Part shown: one piece after another, positions 38,533 to 47,767 of the stretch
Layout: each line of letters begins with the position of its first letter
Numbering within the stretch: position 1 is the first letter of the stretch
NCBI GenBank assembly: GCA_963555815.3
Contig: CAUVWX020000001.1
Location: 864,001 to 928,000 of the forward strand
Length of the DNA stretch: 64,000 bases
Reading direction: 5' to 3'
DNA from: a bacterium
Lineage (GTDB): Bacteria > UBA8248 > JACPRG01 > G963555815
Made by a program: the position numbers and the translations under genes
Notes under the pieces: generated by a model
What the model saw: only the letters and a program-made list of their open reading frames with translations
What the model was told of the DNA's origin: nothing
The model's database searches: none

Positions 38533-39762
38533 TCAGGCCGTGAACACGAGAAGCCCGGTTGCATACATGAGGAGCAGGCCCGCCAGAAGGCCCCCGAGAT
38601 TGATCGCATGGACCCGGACGGGGGCATCTCCCTTCACGATAAGATTCGCCAGCTCATAGACCACGTAGAAGATGGCCCCGGCAGCCAGGGCGAAGAAGAA
38701 GGCCGCCAGGACGTCGTAGTAAGCAAAACCCCCGATGAGGGTTCCGATCACTGTGGGGCCGCCAGCGATGAGTCCGAAGTTGACGAGGTGAAAGAAGGGG
38801 ACCCTTTGGCGTGAAACCGGGCCCAGGATGCCGAACCCCTCTGTCGCATTGTGGATGGTGAAGCCGACGACCAGGAGGGCACCCAGGGCGATCTCTCCCA
38901 GGATAAAGGCGGCGCCAATGGCAAGGCCCTCGCCGAAGTTATGGAGACCGATGCCGACCGAGATCATGTAGGCGAGGATGAGGCTGTTGAATTCGACGGA
39001 TCGGTTCTGCCCCCAGCTGCGGCAGCCCTTCCCCAAGGCGAGTAGCCCCAAGGTCCCTATGATGAGACCGATAGAGAGGACCCCAATCCCCCGGAATATC
39101 CCCGGCACCTTCACTCCCGCCTCAAACCCTTCCACGAGGACGTCCACGCCCAGGAAGACCAGGATCCCCACTGTGAGGCTGATGAGGAAATTCAGCCATT
39201 GGCCCTTTAGGCGTCTGAGGAAGGGGAGCCAGAGGAGTCCCAGGAAGACAGGGATGACGCCCGCGTAAACCCCGAGGAGGGCAAAATTTCCGGCAGTCCG
39301 CCAACCCAGGGTCGGCGTCACGACCGGGATGTCGATGGCCTTTGAAAAGGTCATCCCGTTTGACGTGATGACCTGTATCTCCAGGGGTTCGGTTTCGATC
39401 CAGGGATAAGTGAGAGAGAGGAGGGCCGAGCGGAGTCTGGGGAGAGTTTCTGAGGGAGAGATGGCGAAGTCCCACAGGGCCCCGTTGACCGTCACCTGAC
39501 CCACGATGGCCTCGACAGGCCCCGTATTTCGGATCTGGACGACGATCTGGTTGGGCCGGAGGACAACCCGTTCAAAGTCAAGCTGGGTGAGGGCGTCCAG
39601 GGGGGCCGGAGGAGTGCCCACCAGGGAGGTGCCCTGTGTGAGGAAGAAATAGACAATGGCCCCAAGGATGAAAAGGGGGAAAAGCCCCATGGCGTAAAGC
39701 CCTATTTTCGACCGTCGAACACCGCCTGTCGCGGGGGCCGGCATTTCTTTTTCTTGAACCAT
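38533..39762 (-). CDS. ZIP-family metal transporter with N-terminal extracytoplasmic domain
   Basis: IGLHNFGEGLAIG, GFTIHNATEG; N-terminal TM followed by a beta-rich domain (IRNTGP, VTVNGALW). Confidence 0.9.
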   Translation of the reverse strand: MVQEKEMPAPATGGVRRSKIGLYAMGLFPLFILGAIVYFFLTQGTSLVGTPPAPLDALTQLDFERVVLRPNQIVVQIRNTGPVEAIVGQVTVNGALWDFAISPSETLPRLRSALLSLTYPWIETEPLEIQVITSNGMTFSKAIDIPVVTPTLGWRTAGNFALLGVYAGVIPVFLGLLWLPFLRRLKGQWLNFLISLTVGILVFLGVDVLVEGFEAGVKVPGIFRGIGVLSIGLIIGTLGLLALGKGCRSWGQNRSVEFNSLILAYMISVGIGLHNFGEGLAIGAAFILGEIALGALLVVGFTIHNATEGFGILGPVSRQRVPFFHLVNFGLIAGGPTVIGTLIGGFAYYDVLAAFFFALAAGAIFYVVYELANLIVKGDAPVRVHAINLGGLLAGLLLMYATGLLVFTA

Positions 39763-39785
39763 TTTGAACCCCTTTAGAACTGTCC

Positions 39786-40799
39786 TCAGACCACGGGTCG
39801 GTCCGGATGGACGTTGAAAATTCCGATCCAGCCAAGCTCGGCAAACTCGGACTGATGGGCGTGGAACAGGAACTTCCCCGGGAATTTGTAGGTGAGCTCC
39901 AAGATGGCGCGCTCCCCCTGACAGAGCATGACTGTGTCGGTGAACTCGTAGTGGTCCAGCCGGGTCCCAGTCCGGTAGAGCTTGAAAAAGTTGCCGTGGA
40001 TGTGCATCGAATTGATCTGATCAAACTCCGTGATATTGACCAGGTAGACCCGGACGAGCTCGTTTACACGGATATTGATGGGGTTATCCTTGTAGAAGTT
40101 GGCCACGCCGTTCACGGTGTAGAATTCGTTTTCCTCGTCGAAATTCGTGTCAAACCCGTTCATCATCATCACCATCTCGCGGGCGGGGGGCCGGCCCTTC
40201 TTGGGGTCGATGATGAAGGTCCCGTAAGTCCCCTTCATGACGTGGGTTTTTAGGGGCGTCATGTGGCAGTGGTAGAGGTGGATCCCAAAAGGCTCTGCGT
40301 CAAACTCGTAGACAAAGGTCCCTCCCCGGGGGGGTACCACCTCGAAGACCCCGTCCATCTGGGCGGGGTGGATGGCGTGAAAATGCAGGGTGTGGAAGTG
40401 AGCGCTCAGGTTTCGGAAGTGGATACGAAGGCGGTCCCCCTCGGTCGCCCTGAGCGTGGGCCCCGGCACAAATCCGTTCAACGTCCAGGCGGGAAATTTG
40501 ACCCCCTGGGCGACGACCACCTCCTTGTCCTCGGCGGTGATCTCATACTCTCGCAGCGTCCTTCCGTCTGGGAGACGCGAGACCTTGCCGTAGTCAAAGT
40601 TCTCCAAGAATTTCCCGGGGTTCATCCCCGGTCCCGAGTGGGCCGAGGCGATAAGAGAAGCGTTCCTCGGCTTCTTGATGGCCTTCCGCTCCCCGGCGCC
40701 TATTGCCCCTCGGCCGGCCAGGACGGTCCCTGCCCCCAAGAGGCCCGCAAATCCTCCGAACCTCAAAAAATTCCTTCTCGAGACTCCCCACCTGGACAT
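39786..40799 (-). CDS. Tat-exported two-domain multicopper oxidase
   Basis: SRRNFL; HTLHFH, YHCH..H in domain 1; HIHG and FHAH in domain 2. Confidence 0.88.
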   Translation of the reverse strand: MSRWGVSRRNFLRFGGFAGLLGAGTVLAGRGAIGAGERKAIKKPRNASLIASAHSGPGMNPGKFLENFDYGKVSRLPDGRTLREYEITAEDKEVVVAQGVKFPAWTLNGFVPGPTLRATEGDRLRIHFRNLSAHFHTLHFHAIHPAQMDGVFEVVPPRGGTFVYEFDAEPFGIHLYHCHMTPLKTHVMKGTYGTFIIDPKKGRPPAREMVMMMNGFDTNFDEENEFYTVNGVANFYKDNPINIRVNELVRVYLVNITEFDQINSMHIHGNFFKLYRTGTRLDHYEFTDTVMLCQGERAILELTYKFPGKFLFHAHQSEFAELGWIGIFNVHPDRPVV

Positions 40800-40824
40800 G
40801 GTTTCCCCTCAGCGAGGCCAGCCC

Positions 40825-41490
40825 TCAAGCTGGCGTCGAGACAAAGATCTCTTGGGAAAGCTCGCGTCCCAGGGAATGTTCGTCGTCCCCTACGCGGATC
40901 TTGACGGGCCCATTGAAGGGGAGCTTCTCCAAGATCTCTAGCTTCACGCCCGGTATCAGTCCGAGGCCTCCAAGGTATCTCAGGACCTCCGGGTCGTCGT
41001 TCCGGACTCGGATGATCATCCGGGTGGTTCCCGCCTCGACCTCAGCCAAGGCCGTTGAGGCAGGGGCTTCGAGCGTTCCGTCGTCGGCCGGGATGGGGTC
41101 CCCGTGGGGGTCTGCCTTCGGCCGTCCCAGCTTCTCAAAGAGAATGGCCTCCAACTCCTCCGAAAGGGCGTGCTCGAGAATCTCGGCCTCGTTGTGGACC
41201 TGATCCCAGGGCATCCCTACCACCTCAGCGAGGTAGAGCTCTAGGAGGCGGTGATGTCTCAAGATCTCCAACGCAATTTTCTCTCCCCCCTGTGTCAGGC
41301 GCGCCCCCTTGTAAGGGGTGTACTGGACGAGTTTCATTTGTTTCAGCTTCTTCAACATGCTTGTGACTGAGGCTGCGGAAACGCTGAGCCGCTTGGCCAG
41401 TGCGCTGGTGGCGACCAGGCCGGTCTCCGACTCCCCTTGAAGGACGAATATGCCCTTTACGTAATCTTCAAGTTGTCTGCTGAGCACCAA
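40825..41490 (-). CDS. DtxR/MntR-family metal-dependent repressor with FeoA domain
   Basis: LEDYVK, SVTSMLKKL, RHHRLLELYL, EAEILEH, DPHGDPIP, C-terminal FeoA-like region. Confidence 0.92.
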   Translation of the reverse strand: MVLSRQLEDYVKGIFVLQGESETGLVATSALAKRLSVSAASVTSMLKKLKQMKLVQYTPYKGARLTQGGEKIALEILRHHRLLELYLAEVVGMPWDQVHNEAEILEHALSEELEAILFEKLGRPKADPHGDPIPADDGTLEAPASTALAEVEAGTTRMIIRVRNDDPEVLRYLGGLGLIPGVKLEILEKLPFNGPVKIRVGDDEHSLGRELSQEIFVSTPA

Positions 41491-41516
41491 GGCGGACCCC
41501 CTGAGGCAAGGCAGAA

Positions 41517-41532
41517 TTTAGGCTAACCTAAA
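41517..41532. promoter_or_regulatory. DtxR/MntR-family operator
   Basis: TTTAGGCTAACCTAAA (TTTAGG-N4-CCTAAA inverted repeat) about 26 bp upstream of the regulator; minus-strand TTGACA at 41560-41565. Confidence 0.88.
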
Positions 41533-41873
41533 CTTTCAATTAGTCTATATCACACTTTTTGTCAAGCCTTATCAAAAGCTTTTTGAGGCGAAATCCGGCG
41601 CTCAAAAACTTCCCACATCGAGGGGGTGCCCTAGCAAAGGGGGCAGGAGCGCGACACGTTCAAGGAGCAACGCCCTGAGTCGCACTAAAGTAGATATTTT
41701 TTAATATGTTATAGTCGAATTGCCCGTTGCCCTCCCCGTCCGATGAAGAGAACCTTTGCCAGCGACAGGTGAGAGAACTATGTTGTATGAGTTGTAAGAA
41801 AAGGGAGAACGCGAGTGCCTGGAGCCTCTCGAGTGGGGGGGGTCGGGCCTCCTTAAGCGAGAGGAAGAAATCC

Positions 41874-43052
41874 TTGATCGAGATTGATGGGGGTCAAGGC
41901 GAAGGCGGGGGTCAGATCCTGCGGACGGCCCTCTGCCTCTCTGCGCTCATGGGGGAGTCCGTGTGGATCTTCAACGTCCGCAAGGGCCGAAAGCGACCCG
42001 GCCTTCGAGCCCAGCACCTGGCCGCGGTCCGAGCGGTGGCGGCCATTAGCGATGGGCGACTCGAGGGGGCGGAGCTCGGCTCAACAGAAGTGGGCTTTCA
42101 GCCTCAACGGATTCGAGGAGGCCGCTACCGATTCGATGTCGCAGAGGAGCAGACGAGCGCCGGGGCTACGGGCCTCATCTTTCAGTGTATCGCCCCTCTT
42201 CTCCTCTTCGCCGATTCCCCGTCCTCCGTCTCTATTCGCGGAGGAACCCACACGGCCTGGAGCCCGCCCTTTCACTACCTCAGCGAGGTCTTCTGGCCCA
42301 TGGTGTCGGAGTTCGGGGCTCAGGGAAAGCTCTCGCTGGAGCAGTGGGGGTGGTATCCCCGGGGGGGCGGAAAGGCGGCGATCTGGGTTGAGCCCGTTGA
42401 ACGTCTAAAGGCTGTCCAGTGGGCTGAGCGGGGTGCGCTCCTTGAACTCAAGGGATTTTCGGCCGTCTCCAACCTTTCCCCCTCCATCGCGAAGCGCCAG
42501 CGCCACCGTTCTCTCACGCGCCTTCGGGGCGCCCTCACATCCCTTCAGGTGGAGGCAAAGGCCCAGGCCCTTGCGAGATCCGGCTCAGGGTTTGGCGGGA
42601 CGGTCTCGACGCTCTCCGAAGAGGGGCCTCGAAATGGGCAGGAAGGCCATTTCGACGGGGAACCTGAGATCCAGGTCCTCTTCCCGCCGGCAAATGGTCC
42701 CGGCACATGCCTATTCCTCCTCGCCGGCTACGAGCGGTCGGTGGCCGGCTTTTGTGCCATTGGGGAACGGGGGAAGACGGCCGAGCAGGTGGCCGACGAG
42801 GCCACCAGTGCCTTCCTGGCGCACCATAGGACAGGAGCGGCCCTGGACCCCTATCTCGCTGACCAGGTCGTCCTTTACGCCGCCCTTGCCGAGGGAGAGA
42901 CGATCTTCAAGACCTCTCGGATCACGCCTCATCTTCTGACGCAGATCTGGATCACCGAGAAAATTCTCCCGGTCGAGTTCGTCATCAAGGGCAAGGAAGG
43001 GAAGCCCGGCACCATCGGTGTGCGGGGGATCAAATATCAAAGGTCCTTTTGA
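41874..43052 (+). CDS. rtcA: RNA 3'-terminal phosphate cyclase
   Basis: IEIDG..GEGGGQILRTA, RPGLRAQH, RGGTH, GWYPRGGG, YLADQ, TPHLLT (catalytic His); start uncertain, TTG 41874 chosen. Confidence 0.93.
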   Translation: MIEIDGGQGEGGGQILRTALCLSALMGESVWIFNVRKGRKRPGLRAQHLAAVRAVAAISDGRLEGAELGSTEVGFQPQRIRGGRYRFDVAEEQTSAGATGLIFQCIAPLLLFADSPSSVSIRGGTHTAWSPPFHYLSEVFWPMVSEFGAQGKLSLEQWGWYPRGGGKAAIWVEPVERLKAVQWAERGALLELKGFSAVSNLSPSIAKRQRHRSLTRLRGALTSLQVEAKAQALARSGSGFGGTVSTLSEEGPRNGQEGHFDGEPEIQVLFPPANGPGTCLFLLAGYERSVAGFCAIGERGKTAEQVADEATSAFLAHHRTGAALDPYLADQVVLYAALAEGETIFKTSRITPHLLTQIWITEKILPVEFVIKGKEGKPGTIGVRGIKYQRSF

Positions 43053-43080
43053 CAGGGCTGAGGTCACCGTTCCCTAGATC

Positions 43081-43707
43081 TTAACGGTCCGCGTACCTTT
43101 GCACGAACTCCGCTCGCCCCCTCACCAACTCCCTCCAAAGTGTGAAGCTCTCTGGGTCATAGGGATCCGTCAAAGGGAAAGGGTGATAGGCCTTCTCGGC
43201 ATACTCGCCGATGGTCCCGAAGGCGACCCAGATGAAGTAATAGGCCTCCTCTCTTTGGACCTGCTCAGCCGGGTCGAAGACCAGGCCTTGGGAGGGGTCC
43301 GCGTCCACCTCGAGGCTGGAGCGCCTGCGCTCGGCCAGTTCCTCCCGCCCCCGCAGGTGGACCAGAAGAGAGAGGGGGTCAAGGGAATGCCGCCACTCCT
43401 GGCCGCGCTCGACCCTTGGGTCTTCCAGGGACGTTGTTCGGACCGTCCGAAGCTCCGTCAGGATGCCATCGATTTCGGAGAGTGCGGCCTCCAGATCCTG
43501 GCGGTTTCGCAGGAGGAGGAAGGGGCGGCGAAGCCGGCTCAACTTGGACACCTCCTCAATGGCTGACAGGGCCAGAAAGACCGCCCGAGGAAAAGAACCT
43601 TTCTCAAAAAGAAAGACGGCGTCGTCGAGGAGATCTCTCGCGTTGCGAATGAGCCTTCGGTGTAGCTCCCGAATGAACGTCGCGCTTTCCGCAGGGAGGG
43701 TGTCCAT
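43081..43707 (-). CDS. AbiV-like HEPN domain protein
   Basis: NARDLLDDAVFLFEKG.FPRAVFLALSAIEEVSK fits the AbiV N-terminal pattern; RxxxL(E)VD later; all-helical character. Confidence 0.7.
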   Translation of the reverse strand: MDTLPAESATFIRELHRRLIRNARDLLDDAVFLFEKGSFPRAVFLALSAIEEVSKLSRLRRPFLLLRNRQDLEAALSEIDGILTELRTVRTTSLEDPRVERGQEWRHSLDPLSLLVHLRGREELAERRRSSLEVDADPSQGLVFDPAEQVQREEAYYFIWVAFGTIGEYAEKAYHPFPLTDPYDPESFTLWRELVRGRAEFVQRYADR

Positions 43708-43784
43708 GATGCCTCTCCTCAGAAGATGACTGAGGGGATGCTCTCATTGATCATGTCTGGTCCTTCATCAATCTTTCAAATCTA

Positions 43785-45051
43785 TTAGTTTCCCCAGATC
43801 CAACGGACCAGGACGAGGCTCAAATCGGGCCAGTAGGTAATGATGAGGAGGGCCACGAGAAGGAGGGCGAGAAAGGGGAGAGAAGCCCGGTAGACCTCTG
43901 TGATGGGTCGATTGAACCTGAAGCCCGCGATGAAGAGGTTTAACCCCACCGGAGGAGTCAAATAGCCGATCTCCAGGTTCGTGAGAAAGATGATCCCCAG
44001 GTGGACGGGATCGACGCCGAACTCGCGGGCGATGGGGGTGATGAGGGGGACGACGACGATGATGGCCGAGAAGATGTCCATGAGGGACCCCACCACCAGG
44101 AGAAAGAGGTTAAGGGCGAGGAGGAAGAGGACCCGGCTTGTCAGGGTTGACCTCATGACCTCCAGGATGCGCATGGGGACCTCCTGGTCGATGAGGTAAT
44201 TCGTGAGCCCGAGGGCCATCCCCAGGATGAGAAGAATCGCCCCGACCAGGATCATGCTCTCGCGCATGATGCGGGGGAGGTCGCGGCGAAAACTGAGGTC
44301 ACGGTAGATAAAGACTTCGACCAAAAGGAGATAGAAGGCGGAGACAGCTGCGGCCTCTGTAACGGTGAAGTAGCCACCGTAGATCCCGCCGAGGATGATG
44401 GGGGCGAGGGGGACTTTCCAGCCGGCCGCCCGAAGTGCCCGCGCGGCCTCCCGGATCGAAAAGGGCCTCCGCCTGAGAGCGGTGCCGGACCGAAGGCAGT
44501 AGGCCGAGAGGATGAAAAGGATAAGGGCCCCCGGCAGGATGCCCGCGATGAAAAGCTGGTTCACGTCGGTCTGCGCCACGAGGGCGTAGAGGATGAGGGG
44601 GAGGCTCGGCGGGAAGAGAAGCCCCAGGCTTCCCGAGGTCGTCAGGAGCCCCAGGGAAAAACGTTCGGAGTATGCCTCCTTGAGTAGGATGGGAAAGAGG
44701 AGCCCCCCGAGGGCCACGATGGTGATCCCTGAGGCGCCGGTAAAGGCCGTGAAGACGGCGGCGGTGCCCAGGCTCACCACGGCCACCCCCCCCTGGGAGC
44801 CAGCCGAGAAGCGCCCGGGAGAGGTCGAGGAGACGCCGGGGGGCCTGGCTCTCGGCCAGGAGGTAGCCGGCAAAGGTGAAGAGAGGGATGGCGAGGAGGG
44901 TCGGGAAACCCGCCATCCGGTAGAGCTCCACCATGACGGCCGCAGGGTCAATGGACAGCCCATGGAAACCGAGGAGAGCGGCGCCGCCGATGACGGTGAA
45001 AAGGGGGGCCCCGGCGAGGGCCAGGACCACTAGGACGAAGACCCCCATCAC
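43785..45051 (-). CDS. TRAP transporter large permease DctM, interrupted by a +1 frameshift in G8 (44786-44793)
   Basis: N-part LLAIPLFTFAGYLL (ORF 44299..45051) joins C-part FTGASG, GLLFPPS, DPVHLG, GYLTPPVGLNLF (ORF 43785..44963) if one G is removed (WLPGGVAVVS). Confidence 0.88.
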
Positions 45052-45542
45052 TCGCCTCGCGGGCGCCGAAGCGCCAGGACTCCCTCTAGTGTTCTAAGGG
45101 AAAACCGAAAGGTGATGAGCAGAAGGCCAATGGGGAGGATGACCTGAAAGACCCAGGTCGGCACTCCGGCGAGGAGGATGCTCCCCGCCTCTCGCTCCAC
45201 CAGGACGAGCCGAAAGGCGGCTCGCGTGAGGAGGGCGGATACGACGGCTGCCCCTCCTCGGGCGATGACCTTCAGGACGGCCCGACCGCGGCCCGGCAGG
45301 AGGTTCGGCAGGATGTCGATTCGGATGTGGCGACCCTCCTGGGTGGCGAGAGAGGCGCCCAAAAAGGCCACCCAGAGAACCAGGTGTCTCAGTAGGATGT
45401 CGGCGTTCGGGAGGGAAGTCTGAAAGAAGTTTCGAAGGATCACCTGGAGGAAAGAGAGACTCACCATCGTCGCGAGGAAGAGCACCAGGGTAAACCCTTC
45501 CAGGCGGCCAAGCGCTTTTTCAAAGGCGAGGAGGTATCTCAC
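45048..45542 (-). CDS. TRAP transporter small permease DctQ
   Basis: 4 TM; QVILRN, LWVAFLGASLA, HIRID. Confidence 0.9.
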   Translation of the reverse strand: MRYLLAFEKALGRLEGFTLVLFLATMVSLSFLQVILRNFFQTSLPNADILLRHLVLWVAFLGASLATQEGRHIRIDILPNLLPGRGRAVLKVIARGGAAVVSALLTRAAFRLVLVEREAGSILLAGVPTWVFQVILPIGLLLITFRFSLRTLEGVLALRRPRGE

Positions 45543-46573
45543 CGAGAAGGCCCGGGGGAGTTCGCCCGATACTCGGCCAGGGCGCCCAGGACTTCTTCCA
45601 GAAGGTCTCTGGGAAAGAGGTCTCCGGCCAGCCGGTCCCAGGTCGAACGTCCTACGTCCAGGAAGGCCTCCAGTTCCTCAGGGGGGGGCAGGGGCAGGAG
45701 CTCGATCCCCTCCTTTTGAATGACCGAGACCGCTCGATCGTTCTCTTCCCGGGTGAGGCGGATCAGGCGATCCAGATGATGTCTTGCCCGGCTCATCAGG
45801 AGCATTTGGGTCTCCTCAGAGAGCTCGTCGAAGACCTTCTTTGATATGAGGACAGCCCCGGTGGCGTTGGAGACAGGAAGGCTCGTCATGTAGTTCACGC
45901 GGGTGAACCACTGGAGGGCGATGGCAGCAAGGGAGGAGGTGTAGACGGTGTCGACGAGACCCGTCTGAAGGGAGGTCAAGACCTCGGGGACACCGAGGGG
46001 GATGGGGGCGAGGTCCAGGGCGTCAAAGTAAGCCTTCGCCAGGGGGTCTACCGCCCACATAAAGATCTTGCGGCCCGCCAGATCCTCCCGCCGTTGGATG
46101 GGGTGCTTGGAGAAGAAGTTGACGAATCCCACCTCCGCCCACCCGAGGAGGACAAACCCTTTCTTTTCCAGCCCACGCCTCAGGCGGGGCTCGATTCGGT
46201 CCCGGACAAAGTCCGCTTCCTCATAGCGCAGGAAGAGGAAGGGAAGCTCCAGAATTCTCACCTCGGGGAGGATCTCCCCCAGGCCCACGCCCGAGAACCC
46301 GGCGCTCTGGAGTTGCCCGATCCGGATCTTTCGGACTACGTCTTTCTCATCCCCCATGACTCCCCCTGGGAAGAAGCGAAAGTGCAGCTCCCCGCCGCTC
46401 TCCTCCTCGACCTCCTTTGCCAATTCCCGCATCACCTTCATCCAGGTGGTGCCCTCGGGGGCGAGGGTGGCAAATTTCACCTGGACTGGCTCATCCCTTT
46501 CGGCCAAGCCAGGAGCCGGCCCAAGGAAGAGGGCAAGGAGGGCTACCGAAAGAAATTGTAAGATCCTGGTCAT
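45539..46573 (-). CDS. TRAP substrate-binding protein DctP (TPAT type)
   Basis: KFATLAPEGTTW, GGVMGDE..VVRKIRIGQL, LELPFLF, SLQTGLVD, ALQWF. Confidence 0.9.
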   Translation of the reverse strand: MTRILQFLSVALLALFLGPAPGLAERDEPVQVKFATLAPEGTTWMKVMRELAKEVEEESGGELHFRFFPGGVMGDEKDVVRKIRIGQLQSAGFSGVGLGEILPEVRILELPFLFLRYEEADFVRDRIEPRLRRGLEKKGFVLLGWAEVGFVNFFSKHPIQRREDLAGRKIFMWAVDPLAKAYFDALDLAPIPLGVPEVLTSLQTGLVDTVYTSSLAAIALQWFTRVNYMTSLPVSNATGAVLISKKVFDELSEETQMLLMSRARHHLDRLIRLTREENDRAVSVIQKEGIELLPLPPPEELEAFLDVGRSTWDRLAGDLFPRDLLEEVLGALAEYRANSPGPSR

Positions 46574-46667
46574 GGGACACCTCTCTCTACAATAGTTCCA
46601 ATGATACTCTCGACATTTCTCGGATGAAACCCATTATGCAGACTCCGCGTCGGGTGGAGCCCTTAAA

Positions 46668-47528
46668 TCAAGCGGCCGGCGGGGCCCCCTGTCCTTTCAT
46701 CACGCGGATTAGGTTGCCCTCCATGTCTCCGAAAATGAGGGCTTTTTTGACGAGGATACGGGAGGGGATGAAATCTTGTCGCATGTGAAACTGGATGTCG
46801 CCCACCGTCTGGCCAAAGAGGTCTTCTGGGACGTGAATCGAGACTACGGTCTGGGAGAGCCCTTTCTCCTGCGCTGGGTCAATCCGGACCAAGAAGTACT
46901 GAGGCTCTTCGGCCTTTTTCTCAAGCCACTGATCGGTGGGCAAGGACAGGATACGAAAATTTTGGCCCGGTCTGATAGATCCGTACGCCCCCCTGCGCAG
47001 ATTAAAGAAGGCGGAGATGAAGTCCTCATAGATGACGCCGGGCGGGATAGGTTGACTCTTCTCCTCGATCGATGTCTTGCCGCCGATCACCTCGGTCGTC
47101 TTCCATCGCATGACCCCAGATTCATAGTCCAGGACTGTCCTGCTGGTGATCTGATAGCTCCAGGTGTGGACCTCCTTGAAAAACTCCACCGGAATCAGCC
47201 TCCCGTCCGGAGAAAGCCGCATCAGGGAGCGGTATGTATCCTCGCGGGCGAGGCTCACCCAGCTGATGAACCCCTTGGTCTTGGCCTGTAGAACCCCCTC
47301 GTAGAGATCGCGTTTCGGGAGATACCTCAGGGCCATGGAGCCGTCCGCCGCTTTGCGGAAGATTAGGAAGCCGATGTTGTAAACGAGAGTCTCTTCCTCG
47401 GGCAAAGATGCGACGCTCGCCGTCTGGGCCGCGGCCGGGCCGGGCAGAAATGCGACGGCGAAGAGGAGAAGTCCCGCGAGGAAGCCGGCAATCCAGTTTC
47501 TATTCGCCCTTCTCATCTTTTGCTTCAA
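46668..47528 (-). CDS. DUF3108-like exported beta-rich protein
   Basis: Signal peptide; ETLVYNIGFL, AKTKG..SW, DTYRS, DFISAFFNLR. Confidence 0.6.
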   Translation of the reverse strand: MKQKMRRANRNWIAGFLAGLLLFAVAFLPGPAAAQTASVASLPEEETLVYNIGFLIFRKAADGSMALRYLPKRDLYEGVLQAKTKGFISWVSLAREDTYRSLMRLSPDGRLIPVEFFKEVHTWSYQITSRTVLDYESGVMRWKTTEVIGGKTSIEEKSQPIPPGVIYEDFISAFFNLRRGAYGSIRPGQNFRILSLPTDQWLEKKAEEPQYFLVRIDPAQEKGLSQTVVSIHVPEDLFGQTVGDIQFHMRQDFIPSRILVKKALIFGDMEGNLIRVMKGQGAPPAA

Positions 47529-47767
47529 ATGGGTCCGTTAGACGGTCAATAAGACCCTCATCAATTTAGACCGAGGGGGATGGAAAAGGGTTCACCCGAT
47601 ACGAATAAATCTTAGGCTCGAATTATCGCCGCATTGTGGCGCCGACGAAGGGCGTCGGGCCTGCCCGAAAAGCCTGACTGGGAGTCATACTAGGGACTGA
47701 CGCGACCCATCAGGGGGGGGAACAGACGCAGGTGGGGGCGAGGATTGTCCGCCGGGATTAGGAGGGC

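Noticed and set aside
39786..40799. Calling the oxidase NirK
   Set aside because: HCH plus HxH motifs in both domains fit a trinuclear-cluster two-domain MCO, and the context is metal homeostasis.
41580..41608. TTTTTGAG...CTCAAAAA inverted repeat between the regulator and rtcA
   Set aside because: It lies between divergent genes, so it is not a downstream terminator, and the inner stem is weak; no function can be supported.
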